DNA from: the human T2T-CHM13v2.0 reference genome, Homo sapiens
NCBI RefSeq assembly: GCF_009914755.1
Contig: NC_060938.1
Reading direction: 5' to 3' (one strand)
Length of the DNA stretch: 64,000 nt
Position 1 is the first letter of the stretch, and every line of letters begins with the position of its first letter. A program made the position numbers and the translations under genes. Under the pieces are notes generated by a model, which was given only the letters and a program-made list of their open reading frames with translations, had not been told where the DNA came from and ran no database searches. Positions 51,001-64,000 of this stretch are shown in pieces.

Positions 51001-54000
51001 GTAAATTGTTTTATGCCACAGAAGTAACCAAATTTCCTTGTTAATCGTGTATTGTTTTTTATTATTTTTATTTTTCCATAAGTTATTGGGGTATTGGGGT
51101 ATAGGTGGTATTTGGTTACATGTGTAGTTCTTTAGTAGTGATTTGTGAGATTTTGGTGCACCTCTCACCCTAGCAGTATACACTGCACCATATTTGTAGT
51201 CTTTTATCTCTCACCACCCCCCAACTCTTCCCCCCAAGTCCCCAGATTCCATTGTATCGTTCTTATACCTTTGTGTCCTCATAGCTTAGCTCCCACATAT
51301 CAGTGAGAACATACAATGTTTGGTTTTCCATTCCTGAGTTACATCACTTAGAATAATAATCTCCAATCTCAACCAAGTCACTGCAAACATGGTTAATTCA
51401 TTCCTTTTATGGCTGTGTAGTATTCCATCATATATCATATATATATACACACACACCACAGTTTCTTTATCTACTTTTTGGTTAATGGGCATTTGTGTTA
51501 GTTCCACGATTTTGCAATTGTGAATTGTGCTGCTATAAACATGTGTGTGCAAGTATCTTTTTTGAATAATGACTTATTTTCCTCTGCGTAGATACCCAAT
51601 AGTGGGATTGCTGGATCAAATGGTAGTTCTACTTTTAGTTCTTTAAGGAATCTCCACACTGTTTTCCATAATGGTTGTAGTAGTTTACATTTCCACCAGC
51701 AGTGTAGAAGTGTTCCTTGTTCACTGCATCCATGCCAACATCTACTGTTTTTTGATTATGGCCATTCTTGCAGGAGTAAGGTAGTATCGCATTGTGGTTT
51801 TGAGGTGCATTTCCCTGATCATTAGCGATGTTGAGCATTTTTTTATATGATTGTTGGCCATTTGTGTATCTTCTTTTGAGAATTGTCTATTCATGTCCTT
51901 AGCCCACTTTTTGGTGGGATAATTTGTTTTTTTGTTACTGATTTGTTTGAGTTTGTTGTAGATTCTGGATATTAGTCCTTTGTCAGATGTATAGATTGTG
52001 GAGATTTTCTCCCACTCTGTGGGTTGTCTTTTTACTCTGCAGACTGTTCCTTTTATTGTGCAAAAGCTCCTTAGTTTAATTGGGTCCCAGCTATTTATCT
52101 TTGTTTTTATTGCATTTGTTTTTGGGTTCTTGGTCATGAAATCCTTGCCTAAGCCAATGTCTAGGAGGCTTTTTCCAATATTATCTTCTAGAATTTTTAT
52201 AGTTTCAGGTCTTAGGTTTAAGTCCTTAATCCATCTTGAGTTGATTTTTGTATAAGGTGAGAAATGCAGATCCAGTTTAATTCTCCTACAGGTGGCTAGC
52301 CAATTATCACAGCACCATTTGTTGAAAAGGGTGTCCTTCGCCCATTTTATGTTTTTGTTTGCCATGTCGAAGATCAGTGGGCTATAAGTATTTGGGTTTA
52401 TTCCTGGGTTCTCTATTCTGTTCCACTGGTCTACGTGCCTATTTTTATACTAATACGATGCTGTTTTGGTGACTATGGCCTTATAGTATAGTTTGAAATC
52501 AGGTAGCGTGATGCCTCCAGATTTGTCCTTTTTGCATACTCTTGCTTTGGCTATGTGAGCTCTTTTTTGGTTCCATATGAATTTTAGAATTGTTTTTTCT
52601 AATTCTGTGAAGAATGTTGGTGATAGTTTGATGGGGATTGCACGGAATTTGTAGATTGCTTTGGCAGTATGGTCCTTTTCACAATGTTGATTCTACCCAT
52701 CCATGAGTATGGGATGTGTTTCCATTTGTTTGTGTCATCTATGACTCCTTTCAGCAGTGTTTTGTAGTTGTCTTTGTAGAGGTCTTTCAACTCCTTTGTT
52801 AGGTATATTCCTAAGTATTTTATTTTATTTTTTTTCCAGCTATTGTAAAAGGGGCTGAGTTCCTGATTTGATTCTCTACCTGGTCACTGTTGGTATATAG
52901 AAGAGCTACTGATTTGTGTACATTAATCTTGTATCCGGAAACTTTGCTGAATTCTTTTATCAGTTCTAGGAGCTTTCTAGGGGAGTCTTTAGGGTTTCAA
53001 GATAAACAATCATATTGTCAGCAAACAGTGACAGTTTGACTTCCTCTTTACCAATTTGGATGCCCTTATTTCTTTCTCTGGTCTGATCAGTCTGGCTAGG
53101 ACTTCCAGTACCATGCTGAAGAAGAGTGGTGAGAATGGGCATCCTTGTCCTGTTCCAGTTCTCAGAGGGAATGCTTTCAACTTTTCCCCATTCGGCATTA
53201 TGTTGGCTGTGGGTTTGTCATAGATGGCTTTTATTACATTAAGGTATGTCCCTTGAATGCCGATTTTACCGAGAGTTTTAATCATAAAGCAATGCTGGAT
53301 TTTGTCTAATGCTTTTTCTGCATCTATTAAGATGATCATGTGATTTTTGTTTTTATTCCTGTTTATGTGGTGTATCACATTTATTGACTCATGTATGTTA
53401 AATCATCCCTGCATCCCTGGTATGAAACCCACTCGATCGAGGTGGCTTATCCTTTTGATATGTTGTTGAATTCAGTTAGCTAGTATTTTGTTAAGGATTT
53501 TAGCATCTATGTTTGTCAAGGATATCAGTCTGTAGTTTTCCTTTTTGGTTATGTCCTTTCCTGATTTTGGTATTAGGGTGATGCTGGCTTCATAGAATGA
53601 ATTATGGAGGGGTTCTTCTTTCTCTATCTTGTGGAATAGTGTCAAGAGGATTAGTACCAATTCTTCTTTGAATGTCTGGTCGAATTCTGCTGTGAATCCA
53701 TCTGGTCCGGGACTTTTTTTGTTGGTAATTTTTTAATTACCATTTCAATCTCACTGCTTCTTATTGGTCCGTTCAGGGTATCTAATTCTTCCTGATTTAA
53801 GCTAGGAGGGTTGTATTTTTCCAGGAATTTATCCATCTCTTCTAGATTTTCCAGTTTGTGTGTAAAAGTGTTCATAGTAGCCTTGAATGATCTTTTGTAT
53901 TTCAGTGGTGTCAGTTCTAATATCCCCTGTTTCATTTCTTAATGAGGGTATTTCGATTTGCTCTCTTTTTTTCCTGGTTAATCTTGCCAATGGTCCATCA

Positions 54001-56149
54001 GTTTTATTTATCTTTTCAAGGAACTAGCTTTTTGTTTCATTTATCTCTTGTATTTTTTTGTTTCAATTTCATTTCATTATGCTCTGATCTTGGTTATTTC
54101 CTTTCTTCTGCTGGGTTTGGGTTTGGTTTATTCTTGTTTCTCTAGTTCCTTGACACATGACCTTATATTGTCTGTGCTCTTTCAGACTTTTTGATTTAGG
54201 CGTTTAGGGCTATGAACTTTCCTCTTAGGACCGCCTTTGATGTAGCCCAGAGGTTTTGATAGGTTGTGTCATTATTGTCATTCAGTTCAAAAAGTTTTTT
54301 AATTTCCATTTTGATTTTGTTTTTGACCCAATACTCATTCAGGAGCAGGTTATTTGATTTCCATGTATTTGCCTGGTTTTGAAGGTTCGTTTTGGAGTTG
54401 ATTTCCAGTTTTATTCCACTGTGGTCTGAGAGAGTACTTGGTATAATTTCAATTTTCTTAAATTTATTGAGGCTCATTTTACGGCCTATCATATGGTCTA
54501 TCTTGGAGCGTTCCATGAGCTGTCGAATAGAATGTGTATTCTGCAGTTGTTGGATGAAATGTTCTGTATATATCTGCTAAGTCCATTTGTTCCAAGGTAT
54601 AGTTGAAATCCATTGTTTCTTTGTTGACTTTCTGTCTTTATGACCTGTCTAGTGCTGTCAGTGTGGAGTATTGAAGTTCTCCACTATTATTATGTTGCTA
54701 TCTATCTCATTTCTTAGGACTATTAGTAATTGTTTTATAAATTTGGGAGCTCTTGCATTGAGTGCATATATATTTAGGATTGTGATATTTTCCTGTTGAA
54801 CAAGGCCTTTTACTATTATATGCTGTCCCTCTTTGTCTCTTTTAACCACTGTTGCTTTAAAGTTTGTTTTGTCTGATATAAGAATAGCTACCCCTGCTTG
54901 CTTTTGCTGTCCATTTGCATGAAATGCCTTTTTCCACCCCTTTACTTTAAGTTTATGTGAGTCCTTACATGTCACGTGAGTCTCCTGAAGGCAGCAGATA
55001 GTTAGTTGGTGACTTCTTACTCATTCTACAGTTCTGTATCTTTTAAGTGGAGCATTTAGGCCATTTACATTCAACGTTAATATTGAAATGTGAGGTGCCA
55101 TTGCTTTCATCATGCTCTTTGTTGCCTGTGTACTTTGTGTCTGTTGTTGTTGTTTTTGTTGTTTTGTGTTTGCTTTTTAACTTGTATTTTTGTTTTACAG
55201 ATCCTGTGTGATTTTTGCTTTAAAGAGGTCCTGTTTTGATGTGTTCCCAGGATTTGTTTCAAGATTTGGAGCTTCTTTTAGCAGTTCTTGTAGTGGTGCC
55301 TTGGTAATGACGAATTCTGTCAGCATTTCTTTGTCTGAAAATGACTGTATCTTTCCTTCATCTATGATGCTTAGTTTCACTGGATACAAAATTGTTGGCT
55401 GATAATTGTTTTGTTTGAGGAGGCTGAAGATAGGTCCCCAGTCCCTTTTAACTTGTAGGGTTTCTGCTGAGAAATCTGCTGTTAATCTGACAGATTTTCC
55501 TTTGTAGGTTACCTGGTGCTTCTGTCTCACAGCTCTTAACATTCTTTCCTTTGTCTTGACTTTGGGCAACCTGATGACAATCTGCCTAGGTGAAGATATT
55601 TTTTGTGATGAATTTCCCAGGTGTTCTTTGTGCTTCTTGTATTTGGATGTCTAGGTGTCCTTAATGGCCAGAGAAGTTTTCCTTGATTATTCCCCCAAAT
55701 ATGTTTTCCAGGCTTTTAGAATTCTCTTCTTCCTCAGGTACACCAATTATTCTTAGGTTTTGTCATTTAACATAATCCCAGACTTCTTGGAGGCTTTGTT
55801 CCTATTTTCTTTTTTTTTTTTTTTTTTAATTATACTTTAAATTTTAGGGTACATGTGCACATTGTGCAGGTTAGTTACATATGTATACATGTGCCATGCT
55901 GGTGTGCTGCACCCACTAACTCGTCATCTAGCATTAGGTATATCTCCCAATGCTACCCCTCCCCCCCTCCCCCCACCCCACCACAGTCCCCAGAGTGTGA
56001 TATTCCCCTTCCTGTGACCATGTGATCTCATTGTTCAATTCCCACCTATGAGTGAGAATATGCGGTGTTTGGTTTTTTGTTCTTGCGATAGTTTACTGAG
56101 AATGATGGTTTCCAATTTCATCCATGTCCCTACAAAGGACATGAACTCA

Positions 56150-59890
<3,741 letters not shown>

Positions 59891-59926
59891 TTAGTTGATG
59901 CAGTTTCTTCCTAGTCTCGATGGTCT

Positions 59927-60943
59927 TTACATTTTGGCATGATTTTGCAGCGGCTGGTACCGGTTGTTCCTTTCCATGTTTAGCGCTTCCTTCAGGAGCT
60001 CTTTTAGGGCAGGCCTGGTGGTGACAAAATCTCTCAGCATTTGCTTGTCTGTAAAGTATTTTATTTCTCCTTCACTTATGAAGCTTAGTTTGGCTGGATA
60101 TGAAATTCTGGGTTGAAAATTCTTTTCTTTAAGAATGTTGAATATTGGCCCCCACTCTCTTCTGGCTTGTAGGGTTTCTGCCGAGAGATCCGCTGTTAGT
60201 CTGATGGGCTTCCCTTTGAGGGTAACCCGACCTTTCTCTCTGGCTGCCCTTAACATTTTTTCCTTCATTTCAACTTTGGTGAATCTGACAATTACGTGTC
60301 TTGGAGTTGCTCTTCTCGAGGAGTATCTTTGTGGCGTTTTCTGTATTTCCTGAATCTGAACGTTGGCCTGCCTTGCTAGATTGGGGAAGTTCTCCTGGAT
60401 AATATCCTGCAGAGTGTTTTCCAACTTGGTTCCATTCTCCCTATCACTTTCAGGTACACCAATCAGACGTAGATTTGGTCTTTTCACATAGTCCCATATT
60501 TCTTGGAGGCTTTGCTCATTTCTTTTTATTCTTTTTTCTCTAAACTTCCCTTCTCGCTTCATTTCATTCATTTCATCTTCCATTGCTGATACCCTTTCTT
60601 CCAGTTGATCGCATCGGCTCCTGAGGCTTCTGCATTCTTCACGTAGTTCTCAAGCCTTGGTTTTCAGCTCCATCAGCTCCTTTAAGCACTTCTCTGTATT
60701 GATTATTCTAGTTATACATTCTTCTAAATTTTTTTCAAAGTTTTCAACTTCTTTGCCTTTGGTTTGAATGTCCTCCCGTAGCTCAGAGTAATTTGATCGT
60801 CTGAAACCTTCTTCTCTCAGCTCGTCAAAGTCATTCTCCATCCAGCTTTGTTCCGTTGCTGGTGAGGAACTGCGTTCCTTTGGAGGAGGAGAGGCGCTCT
60901 GCGTTTTAGAGTTTCCAGTTTTTCTGTTCTGTTTTTTCCCCAT
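59927..60943 (-). pseudogene. ORF1: LINE-1 ORF1p interrupted by a single nonsense codon (codon 98)
   Basis: MGKKQNRK...KTKA* (TGA at 60650-60652, from CGA); the same frame continues to the native end ..QNHAKM* at 59927. Confidence 0.95.
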
Positions 60944-61817
60944 CTTTGTGGTTTTATCTACTTTTGGTCTTTGATGATGGTGATGTACAGATGGGTTTTC
61001 GGTGTGGATGTCCTTTCTGTTTGTTAGTTTTCCTTCTAACAGACAGGACCCTCAGCTGCAGGTCTGTTGGAATACCCTGCTGTGTGAGGTGTCAGTGTGC
61101 CCCTGCTGGGGGGTGCCTCCCAGTTAGGCTGCTCAGGGGTCAGGGGTCAGGGACCCACTTGAGGAGGTAGTCTGCCCGTTCTCAGATCTCCAGCTGCGTG
61201 CTGGGAGAACCACTGCTCTCTTCAAAGCTGTCAGACAGGGACATTTAAGTCTGCAGAGGTTACTGCTGTCTTTTTGTTTGTCTGTGCCCTGCCCCCAGAG
61301 GTGGAGCCTACAGAGGCAGGCAGGCCTCCTTGAGCTGTGGTGAGCTCCACCGAGTTCGAGCTTCCCGGCTGCTTTGTTTACCTTAGCAAGCCTGGGCAAT
61401 GGCGGGCTGCCTTCCCCCAGCCTCGCTGCCGCCTTGCAGTTTGATCTCAGACTGCTGTGCTAGCAATCAGCGAGATTCCGTGGGCGTAGGACCCTCCGAG
61501 CCAGGTGTGGGATATAGTCTCGTGGTGCGCCGTTTTTTAAGCCGGTCTGAAAAGCGCAGTATTCGGGTGGGAGTGACCCGATTTTCCAGGTGCGTCCGTC
61601 ACCCCTTTCTTTGACTCGGAAAGGGAACTCCCTGACCCCTTGCGCTCCCAGGTGAGGCAATGCCTCGCCCTGCTTCGGCTCGCGCACGGTGCGCACACCC
61701 ACTGGCCTGCGCCCACTGTCTGGCACTCCCTAGTGAGATGAACCCGGTACCTCAGATGGAAATGCAGAAATCACCCGTCTTCTGCGTCGCTCACGCTGGG
61801 AGCTGTAGACCGGAGCT
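60944..61817. promoter_or_regulatory. L1PA2 5'UTR: CpG-rich internal sense promoter (minus) and antisense promoter (plus)
   Basis: Canonical L1 5'UTR with dense retained CpGs at 61400-61820; YY1 motif CAAGATGGCC absent. Confidence 0.85.
61399..61614 (+). CDS. ORF0: LINE-1 antisense ORF0 (71 aa), intact
   Basis: MAGCLPPASLPPCSLISDCC...RCVRHPFL matches primate ORF0 in length and sequence; GCAATGG start context; splice donors CAG|GT at 61505 and 61590. Confidence 0.85.
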   Translation: MAGCLPPASLPPCSLISDCCASNQRDSVGVGPSEPGVGYSLVVRRFLSRSEKRSIRVGVTRFSRCVRHPFL

Positions 61818-64000
61818 CCGTTCCTATTTTGTTATTCTTTTTTCTTTGTCTTTGTTGGATTGGGTTAATTTGAAGACCTTGTCTTCGAGCTCTAAATTTC
61901 TTTCTTCTACTTGTTCAATTCTATTGCTGAGACTTTCCAGAGCATTTCACATTTCTAAAAGTGTGTCCAAAGTTTCCTGAATTTTTTATTGTTTTTTCTT
62001 TAAGCTATCTATTTCCATGAATATTTTTCCCTTCACTTTTTATATCAATTTTTGGATTTCCTTGCATTGGGCTTTGCCTTTCTCTGGTCCCTCCCTGATG
62101 AGCTTAATAACTAACCTCCTGAATTCTTTTTCAGATAAGTCAGGGATTTCTTCTTGTTTGGATCCATTGCTGGTGAACTAGTGTGATTTTTGGGGGATGT
62201 TGAAGAGCCTTGTTTTGTCATATTATCAGGGTTGCTTTTCTTGTTCCTTCTCATTTGGGTAGGCTCTGTCAGAGGGAAGGTCTAGGGCTGAGGGCTGTTG
62301 TTCAGATTCTTTTGTCCCACGGGGTGTTCCCTTGATGTAGTACTCTCCCCCTTTCTCTATGGATGTGGCTTCCTGTGAGCCAAACTGCAATGATTGTTGT
62401 CTCGCTTCTTGGTCCAGCCAACCCAGCAAGTCTGCCCAGCTCCAGGCTGGTACTGGGGGTTGACTGCACAGAGTCCTATGATGTGAACCATCTGTGGGTC
62501 TCTCAGTCATGGATACCAGCGCCTGTTCTGCTGGAAGTGGTGGAGGGTGCAATGGACTCCATGAGGGTCCTTAGCTTTGGTGGTTTAATGCTCTATTTTT
62601 GTGCTGGTTGGCCTTCTGCCAGGAGGTGGCACTTTCCAGAAAGTATCAGCTGTAGTAGTGTGGTGAGGGATTGGCAGAGGGTGGGGCCCTAGAACCCCCA
62701 AGATTATATGCCCTTTGTCTTCCACTACAAGTGCAGATATGGAAGGATCATCAGGTGGGGGTGGGGCTAGGCATGTCTGAGCTCAGACTCTCCCTGGGCG
62801 GGTCTTGCTGTGGCTGCTATAGGGGATGGAAGTAAGATTCCCAGGTCACTGGAGTTGTGTACCTAGGAGGATTATGGCTGCCTCTTCTAAGTCATGCAGG
62901 TTGTCAGGAAAGTAGAGGAAAGCCAGCAGTCACAGGCCTCACCCAGCTCCCATGCAAACTGAAGGGCCGGTCTTACTCCCACCATGCCTCCCCCAGTAGC
63001 CCCAAGTCTGTTTCCAGGCAGTGGGCAATAGGCTCGAAAACTTGCCTGAGGCTCTCTGCCTCCCAGCTGTGAGAGAAAAGGGCTTTAGTTCTTCCTCTGC
63101 CTCTGAAGTGTGCATGCCTGATTCGACCCCCAAGTTCTACCCAGGAGGCTTCTTGCCTCATTCAAATTGCTACAAAGTTCAGCTAGAGAATTCCTTCTCC
63201 CTGTGGAGTTTTACCCCCTGCTCCTCTGGCCACCCTCCTGATGGATCCCTGTGGTGCCTGGAAGGAATGGGCTGCTCAGGGACCCAGTGAGCTCCCAGGG
63301 CCTTTCTGCTGCTTCCTCTACCCCTGTATTTCACTCAGCTCTCTAACTTGACTCAGCTCCAGGTAAAGTCAGAAACTTCTCCTGCAAACAGACCTTCACC
63401 TTCTCCAGTGGGGGTGTGTATTCGGGAGAGGAGTGTCTCCCTTTCCCACTTCCGCAGCTGGGGCACTCAGTATTTGGGGTGTCTCCTGGGTCATGCATGA
63501 GCAATGCACTTCCTTCAGAGGGTCTGTGGGTCCTCTCCGCATTGCTGGTTTGTTCTTGCACTTGATCTGGAGCTAAAAATTCATAATGCAAGCCTCCGCA
63601 TGCTGCTCTGTCCAGAGCTGCAATCTAGTCCTGCCTCCTGTCCACCATGATCCCTTGTACCCTCATTAGTTGCGTCTTTAATCATGGCTGGTCTAAGCCT
63701 TTTGTCACCCACAATTGTTATTTTACTTTGATCCTTTTATATAGTGGATTATAATCAACTCTAAGATTATATAAGTTTCTGATAAATTTAGAGATTGTGC
63801 TATTAAAATAGAAAAACTTCCAGGATTCTCATGGAGTACTGATATATTCATGAGGTTTGCTGAATAAGCAGAACAGGAGTTAATTGCATGGACTGAACTA
63901 ATAGAAGACTGACATAATCTTTTATGACTTTTTGTTTAAAACATTTTCTGATTCTTTTTGTTTTGTTTTTCACAGTCAGGGAAACTTCCTTTAAGCTGTT

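Noticed and set aside
55956-55982. G-quadruplex-forming tract on the minus strand
   Set aside because: Standard feature of L1PA 3'UTRs, not specific to this locus.

Overview
This is primate genomic DNA, most likely human or great ape: it contains AluY, an L1PA2-type LINE-1, THE1/MST and MER4 elements. The majority of the window is transposable-element derived. I see no host protein-coding exon, RNA gene or CRISPR-like array. Main structures: (i) the 5' half of an old L1M element (1-3372, minus strand); (ii) TSD-flanked L1MC and twin-primed L1PA insertions (7-12 kb); (iii) a nested, partly deleted L1MB/L1PA/L1PB/THE1/MST stack (16-25 kb); (iv) a unique segment with a PBX-HOX/MEIS/E-box motif cluster (~26.7-26.9 kb); (v) an ancient two-LTR ERV-L-class provirus (LTR16 type, 27.6-32.6 kb); (vi) a MER4-group ERV from 45 kb to the window end. 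The MER4 element hosts a full-length L1PB, which in turn hosts a near-full-length L1PA2. That L1PA2 is the most notable object: it lacks the first ~31 nt including the YY1 silencing site, keeps an intact antisense ORF0, and has only two ORF-disrupting lesions (ORF1 R98* and a +1 slip near the end of ORF2). I found no convincing new multi-gene system. Subfamily names come from recalled consensus features, not from a database run.
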